The position numbers were made by a program, and so were the translations under genes. A DNA stretch of 63,500 bases, counting the filler, from Anaerolineae bacterium (lineage in GTDB: Bacteria; Chloroflexota; Anaerolineae; Epilineales; Epilineaceae): NCBI GenBank assembly GCA_029262755.1. It is 6 parts of 6 records of this genome, joined end to end, with 100 filler letters (N's around TTAATTAATTAA, not from the genome) between each part and the next. Parts side by side here need not be neighbours in the genome. Positions count along the whole stretch, not along the records: positions 1 to 10,507 come from JAJCYU010000356.1; 5 more parts are not named here. One strand, 5' to 3'. Shown piece after piece: positions 1 to 9,422 of the stretch. Each line of letters opens with the position of its first letter. Position 1 is the first letter of the stretch. A model generated the notes under the pieces. That model worked only from the letters and a program-made list of their open reading frames with translations, was not told the origin of the DNA and searched no databases.

Positions 1-88
1 ATGCTATAATCCGCGCTGCGGCCCCCTACGCGGGGGCCATTTGCGCGAGGGTTCGCCTCGCATCGGATGGAGTGCCGGCAACCCGTTC

Positions 89-1312
89 ATGACCTCGACC
101 CTCCCGATCCCCCTGCCCCCCGAATCACCGCGCCCGCGCGCCGATCGCCCGCTTTGGTCGACGTGGCTGCTCGGCGCCCTCTTCGCAGGGGTCTTTGCGA
201 TCCTGGCCGTCGAAACCGTGGTCGTGGCCGTCCTCATGGGCTACGCGGTGCTGTTGGTGCGCGATGGCCGCGCGGCCCAAGCGGACGTTCGGCCCGTCGC
301 GCGCATGCAGACCGGCCCCTTGTATGAAGGCGGGCCAGATGGCGCGGTCGTCGGCGAGGTCTCGACCCTCGACCTCGACGATGTGCGCCTCGACGTCTGG
401 AACCAGCACGGTCCGTTGACCATCGCCCTGCTAGGCCTCGACCACGACACCTGCGCCGCCGGCGACGATCCCTACCGCCGCGCCGACACGATCATCCTCG
501 TGCGCGTCAACCCTGAGCTTGCGCGCGCCGCGATGCTGAGCCTGCCGCGCGATCTCTTCGTGCACATCGACGGCTACTCGGACGGCAAGAAGCTTGCGAT
601 GGCCCACTATCTCGGCGATCTCACCGAGTTCGAGCCGGGTGCGGGGCCGGGCATGGTCAAGAAGGTGGTGCGCGACAACCTCGGCATCCCGGTGCACCGC
701 TATGCGCGCATCGACTTCGAGGGCTTCAAGCGCATCATCGACGCCGTCGGCCCGCTCACCATCGACGTGCCCGCCGATCCGGAGGACCCAACCGTCGGCT
801 TGCTCGACACCCGCTATCCGGACGGCGCGTGCGGAATGATGACCGTCGAGTTCCCGCCGGGCGAGCAAGAGATGAACGGTGAACAGGCCCTGCAGTACGC
901 CCGCTCGCGCTATTCCACGAGCGACTTCGATCGCTCCCGCCGCCAGACCCAAGTGCTCGAGGCCTTACGCGCGCGTGCGACGAGTGTGGGCACGGTCCTG
1001 GACCTGCACCGCCTCATCCCCGCCCTGCGTGACACGGTCGACACGGACATGTCGGCCGTCGAGATCTTGTCGCTTGTGCGCGTCGCGCGACGGATGGACA
1101 GCGGCGACGTGATCCGCATGGCCATGGACGAGAACTTCGTCTACGACGACGAGGTCTTCGTGGACGGCGTGCCGCAGTGGATCCTGCGCCACTTCCCCGG
1201 CCCGTGGACCCTGCTGCGCGAACGCTTCCTCAACATCGTGCCCGTTGCGCCGACCCCCGGTGCCCAGACGGGCGCGGACGGGACGCCTTCGGCCGAGGCG
1301 ACGGCGCCGTAG
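89..1312 (+). CDS. LCP (LytR-CpsA-Psr) family protein
   Basis: N-terminal TM helix; motifs LLGLD, RADTIILV, MLSLPRDL, IDFEGF, ALQYARSR, DFDRSRRQ. Start placed at ATG 89. Confidence 0.93.
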   Translation: MTSTLPIPLPPESPRPRADRPLWSTWLLGALFAGVFAILAVETVVVAVLMGYAVLLVRDGRAAQADVRPVARMQTGPLYEGGPDGAVVGEVSTLDLDDVRLDVWNQHGPLTIALLGLDHDTCAAGDDPYRRADTIILVRVNPELARAAMLSLPRDLFVHIDGYSDGKKLAMAHYLGDLTEFEPGAGPGMVKKVVRDNLGIPVHRYARIDFEGFKRIIDAVGPLTIDVPADPEDPTVGLLDTRYPDGACGMMTVEFPPGEQEMNGEQALQYARSRYSTSDFDRSRRQTQVLEALRARATSVGTVLDLHRLIPALRDTVDTDMSAVEILSLVRVARRMDSGDVIRMAMDENFVYDDEVFVDGVPQWILRHFPGPWTLLRERFLNIVPVAPTPGAQTGADGTPSAEATAP

Positions 1313-1314
1313 CG

Positions 1315-2319
1315 GTGGCGCCCCCGCTGCGGCTGGCGAGCGCCGCGAACCGCCTCGCGGCGGCGCACGCGGCGCGTATCGCAGACGCACTTCGCGCGGC
1401 CCACCCGGAACTGCGAGTCGAGCTCGTCTCGGTGGCAGATGGCGCTACGCACGGCATGGGGCGCGCCTACGGATCGGACGACCCCGGGCCGACGTCCGCC
1501 GCGGCCGCTGTCGCGGCGCTGCGCAACGCGCTCGTCGAGCGCACGGCCGACGTCGCCGTCCATGCCGCGTCCGCGCTCTCGCTCGTGTCGCCGTCCGCGG
1601 ACGGCTCACGCATCCGCCTCGCGGCCGTCCCCGCGCGCGACGATCCGCGCGAAGTCCTCGTAGCCCGCGAGGCGTCGTCCTTCGCGTACCTGCCGGAGGG
1701 TTCCACCGTCGGCGTCACGCATCCGCGGCGCGTCACGCAGCTGGCGCGGCGCCGGGCGGACCTCGTGCCGCGCATCGTACCCTCCGATATCGCCGATCGC
1801 CTGACGGCCATGGACAGCGGAGAGGTCGACGCTCTGATTCTGGCCGCTGCGGACCTCAAGGCCTTGGGTCTGGGCGAGCGCCTGCGTGAGCACATCGGCA
1901 CGCGGCAGATGCTGCCGGGTGCGGGCCAGGGCGGTCTCGCGCTCGAGGTGCGCGCCGACGATGACGCGACCGCCGGCCTGCTCGCCCCGCTGCACGACGA
2001 AAGGTCCGCCTTCGCGCTCCACGCCGAGCGGGCGTGCATGATCCGCCTCGGCGCGGACACGCGGGCCGCCATCGGCGTCTACGCGGTCACCGACGGCGAG
2101 ACCCTCTTCGTCCACGGCTTCGTGGGCGATCCCGCAAGCGGCGAGCTGAGCCGGCTGCGCTGGCAGGGTCCGTTCCGCGAAGCCGAGTCGGTAGGATCGA
2201 CCTTGGCGGAGCTCTTGCTGGCCGCCGGCGGACAACGCTACCTGCCCGGCGCTGCCCCGCCACCCCGCTTGCGACCCGGCGATGCCGACGATTTTGGCGC
2301 CAGCCGTGGACCGTGGTGA
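1315..2319 (+). CDS. hemC: Hydroxymethylbilane synthase (HemC)-like protein, catalytic residues apparently lost
   Basis: HemC landmarks (ADVAVH, RDDPREVLV, LPEGSTVG..RR, DALILAAA, LPGAGQGGLALE) are present, but the HSxKD Asp and the GGC Cys are absent. GTG start 2 nt after the LCP stop. Confidence 0.8.
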   Translation: MAPPLRLASAANRLAAAHAARIADALRAAHPELRVELVSVADGATHGMGRAYGSDDPGPTSAAAAVAALRNALVERTADVAVHAASALSLVSPSADGSRIRLAAVPARDDPREVLVAREASSFAYLPEGSTVGVTHPRRVTQLARRRADLVPRIVPSDIADRLTAMDSGEVDALILAAADLKALGLGERLREHIGTRQMLPGAGQGGLALEVRADDDATAGLLAPLHDERSAFALHAERACMIRLGADTRAAIGVYAVTDGETLFVHGFVGDPASGELSRLRWQGPFREAESVGSTLAELLLAAGGQRYLPGAAPPPRLRPGDADDFGASRGPW

Positions 2320-2371
2320 CAAGCGTCTAGAAATTGGCGGAAATCAAGGCTCAATTAATAGAATCATAACA

Positions 2372-2479
2372 TCTAACGGTGGCGCTCGGCGTCCTCGCTG
2401 GCGTATCCTTGCATCGAACCCACTTAATGCAGCAGTAACCGGCGGCGCTAGCCCCGGCTCTACAGCGCCAACCGTTGGA
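2372..2479 (+). promoter_or_regulatory. Structured 5' leader of the LysM gene (candidate cis-regulatory RNA)
   Basis: TCTAACGGTGGCGCT (2372-2386) pairs with AGCGCCAACCGTTGGA (2464-2479), enclosing two hairpins and covering part of the GGAGG SD. AT-rich promoter-like tract at 2341-2371. Confidence 0.45.
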
Positions 2480-2488
2480 GGAAAACCC

Positions 2489-3010
2489 ATGCGCTCTCTG
2501 CTCTCCGTTTTCGCAGCAACCGCTCTCGCTTTCGTGCTCCTGGCCCAGCCGAGCACGACCGCGCACGCTACCTACGGTACTCCGGGCTACGGCGGCCATG
2601 GCGGCAACGTCCATTGCATGAAGTACGGCGAAACGCTGTACGGCGTCGCCTATGCCTACGGCACGACGGCTCACGCCATTGCGGCGGCCAACGGCCTGTA
2701 CAACCCGAACTACGTACGTGCCGGTCAGTGCCTGCGCATCCCCGCGGGCATGAAGCACAGCTACGCGCCGATGCCCAAGTACAAGGCACCGGCCCCGGTG
2801 TACAAGGCGCCGCACTACAAGGCTCCCGCACCGAAGATGCACTACGGCAAGATGCACGGTGGCAAGTACTGCGTGCGCTACGGCGACACGTTGTCGAGCA
2901 TCGCCTGGCGCCACGGCACCACGTCGTGGGCGATCGCCAAGATGAACGGCCTGTACAACCCGAACCACATCCGCGCCGGCCAGTGCCTGACCATCCCCGG
3001 CAAGTACTAA
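2489..3010 (+). CDS. Secreted protein with two LysM domains
   Basis: SD GGAGG, signal peptide (AHA site), two LysM repeats (YGETLYGVA..ANGLYNPNYVRAGQCLRIP; YGDTLSSIA..NGLYNPNHIRAGQCLTIP), YKAP-repeat linker. Confidence 0.93.
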   Translation: MRSLLSVFAATALAFVLLAQPSTTAHATYGTPGYGGHGGNVHCMKYGETLYGVAYAYGTTAHAIAAANGLYNPNYVRAGQCLRIPAGMKHSYAPMPKYKAPAPVYKAPHYKAPAPKMHYGKMHGGKYCVRYGDTLSSIAWRHGTTSWAIAKMNGLYNPNHIRAGQCLTIPGKY

Positions 3011-3089
3011 GACCGGAAGCAGCACCAGCAGCACCCCCCCATTGAGGGCAACGTCATCCAGGACGCTCGATGGCGACGGACATGGCAAA

Positions 3090-3130
3090 GAGGGCGCGAG
3101 ATCGATGATCTCGCGCCCTCGTGTTTGTTA
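3090..3130 (+). terminator. Probable intrinsic terminator
   Basis: Perfect 14-bp stem GAGGGCGCGAGATC-gat-GATCTCGCGCCCTC followed by GTGTTTGTTA, downstream of the LysM gene. Confidence 0.75.
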
Positions 3131-3405
3131 CATGCGTACCGCAGGTTGGCCCTCGTCGTTGCGACTACGATGTCCGTTCGGCCCCGTGTGCGTACTGGAA
3201 CGATCGTTCGGACGCACACGGACCTCGGCTTCGGCATCGGCATGGGCATCGGCATCGGCCAATTGCTTCACAGTCGCCGCCGTGCTTCCCTGCGCCCATG
3301 GTTTGGGATCAAGGGTCATGTCGAACCCGTTTCAACCGGTCTCTCGAACACGCGCCGCGATGACCGGCGCACGCTGCGGTCCCTTGACCACAACGCATCG
3401 CGCCC

Positions 3406-5241
3406 CTAGCGCGATCGATAGGACCACGGCATGTAGGCCCAGCCTATCGGCGTTCCATCCGGTGACTCCGTAGCCGTCGCCGTGGGATCCGGGGTTTCGC
3501 CGGGGGGCGCCTCGGTGGGCGTCGACGTGACCGTCGGGCGGATGGTCGGCGGCGGGCGCGGAGTGACGAGGTCGCCCTCGCCGATGCGGATCGGGCGGTA
3601 GGCCGACATGTCGAGCAGGTTGTCACGATTGTCGAAGTCGGCCAGCGTGGCGAAGGGCGTGTCGTAGACGAGCACGGCCACGGGTCCGTCCGACGCGATC
3701 GTGGCGCGCGCGATGAAGTCCACCTTGCCGTCCGTGGCAAGCATGCGTGTCTCGCCGGGCGGCACCATCACTTGCCCGGCCTGCGTGCCCACCTGACCCT
3801 CGATGGCGACGTAGGAGATGCCGGCGTTCAACGGCGCATCACCTGGGTTGTGGATCGCGAACTGCGTAACGCGCTTGCCGGACATATGACGCGCCGCGGG
3901 CACCACGAAGGTCTCGCCCAGGTCCTCGGGCGTGAACGGATTCCACGCGGCCGCGGTGCGGGTCATGGTCATCCAGCGGCTGCTCTCCAGGACCGAACCC
4001 TGCACGCGCCCCGATGAGGCGATGCGGGCGCTGCCGACGAAACCACTGTTGGGCCGCGAACCGCGCGTGATCGCCGGCGCCGCCACCGTGCCGTGGCCGC
4101 GCGCACCGAGATCGATCGCCGCCGAACTACGCGGCGCCATCGTGATGCGCTGCGTGACCTCCTTGCCGGCATGGTTCGGGCTGTCCGGCGCACCCTGGTA
4201 GCGCAACTCGACGTCGACGGGGGAGTTTTCGCGGTTGATCAGGCCGATCAACGTGTCGCCCAAATAGTTGGAGCGGACAACCGGCAGGTACTGCTCGGTC
4301 ACGGCAGCATCCCAGTCGCGCACCGCAGCGGCGCCGACGCCGCCTTCGAAGGCCTCGTTGTGCTTCATGATCATCACGATCGGGTATTGGGCCTGCACAT
4401 GGAAGCCACCGACGAAGTCACCGCCCGGAAGGTTGGATGGCAGCCGCGTCAGCGACGTGCCGAACTCGAGCGAGTCGACGTTGACGACCCCGCCCTTCTC
4501 GACGACGTCCTCCCATTCGGACTCGATCCCGCCGTCATCCGCGTTGAAGAACTGGAAGCGCACGTTGTTGGTGCGCGCTCCGCCCTCCTCGTCGGCGTTC
4601 ATGATGTGGTACTCACCGTAGAGCCCATCGACCCCGCGCACGAGCATCGGCACCAGGAATCGCCGGCTCGGCGTGAGCGCCTCGTAGATGATCGTGCCAC
4701 CACTCGGACCGTCGCCGCGGCTGCGCCAATCAGAGCGCACGACGGCGCCGACGGGATCTCGTGCGTCGAGCGTTCCGTTCCAGAAGCCGTCGTCGATACG
4801 GCGCAGCGCGCCGAGCCGCAGGATCTGCGACATGCCGGCGTCCAGGCCAAAGGTCTCGGTTTGCGGATTACGGCCGCGCTTGTCCAAACGCGCGGTGACC
4901 TGGGTCTCGAAGGCGTTGGGGTTCGTCACCTCGACCACGCTGTAGCCGAAACCCTCGATGCCCGCGACCCGCGCCGCGCGGTCGACGCCCGCGGCGCGCA
5001 GGTCCAGCGGAGTATCCAGCGCGCCGAGCAAGGCGGCCGGCAGCGGCGAAGTCGTGTAGCCGCTGGAGTGCAGGTCGGGCAGATAGAGCAGGTTCGCGCT
5101 CTGCGCCCGTGCGGCAGGCGCCGCGCCGGGCAGCGCGGCCAACCCGACGCCACCGAGCACGAGCACGAATAGCGCTAGTACGTGGGCGGTGGGGCGCGAG
5201 GGCGGACGAGCGGGAATGTTCGCGTTGCGATCGAAAGTCAT
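3406..5241 (-). CDS. Secreted multi-domain beta-rich protein of unknown function (putative surface scaffold)
   Basis: Signal peptide ending ARA-Q; repeated units opening with xLP/xVP strands; Pro/Thr linker; C-terminal WAYMPWSYRSR. Confidence 0.75.
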   Translation of the reverse strand: MTFDRNANIPARPPSRPTAHVLALFVLVLGGVGLAALPGAAPAARAQSANLLYLPDLHSSGYTTSPLPAALLGALDTPLDLRAAGVDRAARVAGIEGFGYSVVEVTNPNAFETQVTARLDKRGRNPQTETFGLDAGMSQILRLGALRRIDDGFWNGTLDARDPVGAVVRSDWRSRGDGPSGGTIIYEALTPSRRFLVPMLVRGVDGLYGEYHIMNADEEGGARTNNVRFQFFNADDGGIESEWEDVVEKGGVVNVDSLEFGTSLTRLPSNLPGGDFVGGFHVQAQYPIVMIMKHNEAFEGGVGAAAVRDWDAAVTEQYLPVVRSNYLGDTLIGLINRENSPVDVELRYQGAPDSPNHAGKEVTQRITMAPRSSAAIDLGARGHGTVAAPAITRGSRPNSGFVGSARIASSGRVQGSVLESSRWMTMTRTAAAWNPFTPEDLGETFVVPAARHMSGKRVTQFAIHNPGDAPLNAGISYVAIEGQVGTQAGQVMVPPGETRMLATDGKVDFIARATIASDGPVAVLVYDTPFATLADFDNRDNLLDMSAYRPIRIGEGDLVTPRPPPTIRPTVTSTPTEAPPGETPDPTATATESPDGTPIGWAYMPWSYRSR

Positions 5242-5853
5242 GTGGGGGAAGCTCCTTGCAGCAGTACCGATCGGTGGGCTTGATGCGTCTAGTTGCTTAC
5301 GTCCTGTTGCGTAAGGCCCGTTACGTACGGCCTGCAGGGTGTACGGTTGGTTCCATACGCGCGTGACGTCCGCGGTCGGGTTGCGCGGCCGGACGGCCCC
5401 TAGAACAGCGGCTCAGACACGGGGCCTCTCGTGTCGGCCAAAGCCAGGGACACGCCAAAGGACGTTTGGGAGACGCCCGATGTCACGATGGATGCTGCGG
5501 CGGTGTCGATGGTCGCGTACGTTACCGGCGTGCATAACGGCCGGCGATCGCACGACGCGCATGCTACCGGCCGCGGCCTTTCCATCGCGGGGGAGCGGCG
5601 TCTCTACGCTGGTCACGATACCCAGCGGCCCCGGCCGAGTCAACGATTCGACGTGGTATGCTGGCACCAACCATCCTCCTTTCGAACCGAACGTTCGGGG
5701 GACGAGCAAGGCACGTGAGCGCGGGACCGGACCGTTCGTCGAGCGTCCGACGGCCGGGCCGCCCCCTACCTTCGCGCACCCGATCGCTCCCTATACGATC
5801 GATCGACATCCGATCGCACGGCAAGCGGCCCGCATCGCGCCGCTCCGCATGAC

Positions 5854-8478
5854 ATGACACCGGCCCACGCAGCGCGCGTTCCACGAACTCGAAGGCGGAT
5901 TCCCATGGCAACCCCCTCATCGAACACCACGACGGCGACCCCGTCCGGTCCTCAGGCGTCACGAGTCGACGGCAACCCCGGCCCCGCGCGCTCGCGACGC
6001 CGACGCGCGTTCCCGCGCGCCGCGTGCGCTGCGCTCGCCGCGGTCCTTGCGCTGGCCGTCGCCGGCGCGGCCGATGCGCTGCCCGTGTCCGCCACCGCGC
6101 TCGCGGCGCCGCCGCCTACGCCCGTATGGCCCGCGGGTGACCTGCCCACGCGCGTTCGCGACGTGCTCGTCGGCTTCTTCGACTACGACCACGAAGCCCA
6201 GGACCCGCGCTCGCTGCCTTACTACCTGCGCGCCCCGGAGTGGGAGATCGACAAGGCGCCGGCGCTCAAGGACCCGGATCTGCTCTGGGAGTACTTCGGC
6301 GGCCCCGGCACCGCCTGCCACCCGGCGGCCACGACCGACGCGCGCCTCGACTGCGCCGGCAAGCGCCTGGCCCGCACTTTCGGCCTGCCCTACTACGGCG
6401 GCCTGACGCTCTTCGACGTCTCGCAGGGCTACTACTTGAACGAGGCCGTGGCCCATATGGCCGGCTACTACGCCCTCTATCACGGTTTCATCGCCGACTT
6501 CGACGCCCCGCAGGCCGGTGGCTACATCCCCTCCGACGCGCCGAACATCCGCGATTTCCAGATCTACCACCGCCAGATGTCCATCGCCTACGAGCGCCAT
6601 CAACGCGACATCATCGCCCGCATGTTCCGCGACACACGCGACCTGATGCCCTTCCAGGCCGACCTCACCCGCTCCGCAGGCGGCCTCGCTCTGGGCTACG
6701 CGCGCACGCTGCAGCTGCTCGAGCGCAAGAACGACTGGCTGGCCGTCGATCACCGCCGCGACGCGATCTCGGTGCTCAACGCCCTCGTCCAGCGCAGCTA
6801 TTGGGAGTGGATGGCGCCCCAGCCGGAGGGCCCGATCACCGCCGGCTTCGCGGACCTCGGCAGCGAGGCCACCTACACCGCGGCGGCGCTGGCCGACCCC
6901 GCATGGACGGGCACGCACGAGTTCACCTACGGCGGCGAGCTGATCCGCAGCCTACGGCCGCCCGGGCTGGACACGGGCGGTTGGGACGGCCTCTGGTTCG
7001 ACTCGGACTACGCCCTGCCCGGCGAGTGGTGGTGCCACAGCCGCTTCTCTGCCGGCTCGCCCGGCCACGACGCCTGCATGGCCCACGCCCGCCGCGAAGG
7101 CCGCGACGGCACGAAGTCGCCCTTCGGCCAGTACTACGCGGAGGACCCCGGCTGCACCATCCGCGCTGCCGGCGTCACGCCCTACACCTGCGGCCCGACC
7201 AACCTTGGCTCGATCGCAGAGGAATGGCTGTGGACTCACGTCGGCGCCCGCGCCGGCGCCCGCATCCTCAAGGCCCTCGAGGATCACGCCGACCCGGACT
7301 TACCCTCCGGCAGCATGGGCAACCGCGTCTACGACGAGATCACCACCCGCCTGGGCTACGGCGTGAGCGGTTGGCACGGCGGCGAGCCCTACGACGACGA
7401 CATGGAGTGGAAGCGCAGCGGCTTCCCGGACCAGCCCATTCGCACCCTATCGGCCGGCCGACACGACAACGAGACCCAGAACGGCCAATTCAGCCTAGGC
7501 GAGACGGCCACCTACATGGACCTGGTCGGCATCGACGGCGACACCTGGACCGAAGACCGCCAAGAGTTCCCCGGCTCCATGGAGAACCACCTGCCCGGCC
7601 CCAACGCCCTCTACGGCACGCTGCTGCTCGGCTACGTCCTTTCCGACAAGGTCGCCGACGGCCTCTCGCCTTCGCTCTACGACAACTTCCACCGCAACAA
7701 CATCGACGAGTTCAACAGCTGGCTGATGGTCACCCTCTCCAGCTACTTCCGCTGCACCGACGTCGGCCCAGCCGGCGACCCGGCCGATCCGCGCTGCACG
7801 GCCTTCGAGGTCGGCAAGTGGCCCGACCCGCCCTCGGTCGACCGCGTCCAGCTCTACGCCGATCCGGACGACGCCGGCGCCGACCTGGCCTTCCGCTACC
7901 TCTGGCGCGAGCCCAACCCCGGCCCCAACGCGGCCATCGACCCCGCCTTCATCGCCCCCGCCACCGCCAGCTGCCGCGAAGGCGCCGGCATCCCGTGGCG
8001 CGCCCTGTGGGACATGGACAGCGCCGGCCCCGCCCCCTACCTGATGGACGAAGGCGGCTTCGGCGCCTACAACGAGATCCTCCAAGGCTACGGCGGCATG
8101 ATGCGCCTCTTCGCCAACCGTCACCCGCTGGATCCGTTGGTCGCGGACCCCGCCGAGCAGGCCGCCTATGCGGACCAACGCACGGACGTCCTCGAGCCCT
8201 GGTATGACCTCGCCTACACGCAGGTCGACCAGATCCTCGACCTCTTCGAAGGCGGCGCCCCCAACACGTGGGGCTACATCCCCCAGATCGAGAACTCCAC
8301 CTGCATCGGCACCGACCCACGCCCCGGCAGCGCCGACCGCGTTGTACTCGCCTGGCAGTACGGCACCGCCGACAGCGTGGCCAGCGCCTCGATCCGCCGC
8401 GCCATGTGGTACAGCCTGACCCCGCTGTGGTACTGGTGGTACAGCGACTGGGTTGATGTGGATGAGGCGGTTTGGTAG
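5854..8478 (+). CDS. Large exported hypothetical protein
   Basis: 874-aa ORF with strong C-ending codon bias; Arg-rich n-region plus hydrophobic signal (RRRRAFPRAACAALAAVLALAVAGAADA). No family recognised; start uncertain. Confidence 0.7.
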   Translation: MTPAHAARVPRTRRRIPMATPSSNTTTATPSGPQASRVDGNPGPARSRRRRAFPRAACAALAAVLALAVAGAADALPVSATALAAPPPTPVWPAGDLPTRVRDVLVGFFDYDHEAQDPRSLPYYLRAPEWEIDKAPALKDPDLLWEYFGGPGTACHPAATTDARLDCAGKRLARTFGLPYYGGLTLFDVSQGYYLNEAVAHMAGYYALYHGFIADFDAPQAGGYIPSDAPNIRDFQIYHRQMSIAYERHQRDIIARMFRDTRDLMPFQADLTRSAGGLALGYARTLQLLERKNDWLAVDHRRDAISVLNALVQRSYWEWMAPQPEGPITAGFADLGSEATYTAAALADPAWTGTHEFTYGGELIRSLRPPGLDTGGWDGLWFDSDYALPGEWWCHSRFSAGSPGHDACMAHARREGRDGTKSPFGQYYAEDPGCTIRAAGVTPYTCGPTNLGSIAEEWLWTHVGARAGARILKALEDHADPDLPSGSMGNRVYDEITTRLGYGVSGWHGGEPYDDDMEWKRSGFPDQPIRTLSAGRHDNETQNGQFSLGETATYMDLVGIDGDTWTEDRQEFPGSMENHLPGPNALYGTLLLGYVLSDKVADGLSPSLYDNFHRNNIDEFNSWLMVTLSSYFRCTDVGPAGDPADPRCTAFEVGKWPDPPSVDRVQLYADPDDAGADLAFRYLWREPNPGPNAAIDPAFIAPATASCREGAGIPWRALWDMDSAGPAPYLMDEGGFGAYNEILQGYGGMMRLFANRHPLDPLVADPAEQAAYADQRTDVLEPWYDLAYTQVDQILDLFEGGAPNTWGYIPQIENSTCIGTDPRPGSADRVVLAWQYGTADSVASASIRRAMWYSLTPLWYWWYSDWVDVDEAVW

Positions 8479-8635
8479 GGGAGCGATGAGTCTTGAGCTA
8501 TGCAGGTTGGCCACAGCCTTTCAATTAGCCAGGCCATAACCTTGCAATTCGCGGACGGTACCGTTGAGATCCGCCGCTATGTCCTCCCATGAGATGTACC
8601 GCCACATCGCCGCTCGCCCCCCCCGGAGCTCTCGC

Positions 8636-9331
8636 GTGACCTTGACCCCAGCCGCCCTCATCGCCGACCTCGAAGCCATCGCCGATCCCGCAAAGATCGA
8701 AGACGTGCGAAGCTCTTTCCAGGATGGGGACGCGGAAACGCAATTCCTCGGCGTGCCGATCGGCAAGATCTTCCCGGTTGCGAAGCGCTACACCGACCTT
8801 GACCTGGCGAGCGTCGAGGCGCTGCTGGCGGACCCGCACTACGAGATCCGCATGGCCGCCGTCGCTGTGATGGACTTCAAGGCGCGGCGCAAGTCGCTTC
8901 CCGAGGCAGACCGCGCCGCCATCTACGATCTCTATCTGCGCCGCCACGACCGCATCAACAGCTGGGGCTTCGTCGATCGAGCGGCGCCGCACGTCATCGG
9001 AGAGTTCCTGGTCGATCGCGACCGGTCGGTGCTCGACCGCCTCGCGCGGTCAGCCGATCCGCACGAGCGCCGTACGGCAATCGTGGCCACGCATGCCTTC
9101 ATCAAGCGCAACGAGGTGGCCGACACCTTCCGAATCGCACAGATCCTGGCCGACGACCCCCACCCATACGTGCAGAAGGCGATCGCCTCGTGGACCCGTG
9201 AGGCCGGCAAACGCGACGAGGACGCGCTCGTGTCGTTCTTGCAACGAAACAAGGACCGCTTGCCGCGCCCAACGATGACCGCCGCGTCGAAGCGGCTGGA
9301 CGATGCGACGCGGGCGCGGTTGCGGGGCTAG
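8636..9331 (+). CDS. DNA alkylation repair protein (AlkD-like HEAT-repeat family)
   Basis: FLGVP, HYEIRMAA, INSWGFVDRAAP, ERRTAIVAT, YVQKAIASWTREAGKRD motifs. GTG start after GGAG. Confidence 0.88.
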   Translation: MTLTPAALIADLEAIADPAKIEDVRSSFQDGDAETQFLGVPIGKIFPVAKRYTDLDLASVEALLADPHYEIRMAAVAVMDFKARRKSLPEADRAAIYDLYLRRHDRINSWGFVDRAAPHVIGEFLVDRDRSVLDRLARSADPHERRTAIVATHAFIKRNEVADTFRIAQILADDPHPYVQKAIASWTREAGKRDEDALVSFLQRNKDRLPRPTMTAASKRLDDATRARLRG

Positions 9332-9422
9332 GTGGCGTAGTGCGGGGCTTTTAGGGCTCGTCAGGCAATACGAGGCGCTGTTCGGGCACCGCGGGACTGC
9401 GAGCTCGTTCGGTCGCCCCCAC

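Noticed and set aside
6240..8207. Long alternative-frame and antisense ORFs (e.g. 6240..8207, 11289..12836, 13986..15851, 52121..53626)
   Set aside because: Arg/Pro/Ala-rich shadow ORFs expected in high-GC DNA, overlapping better-supported genes.
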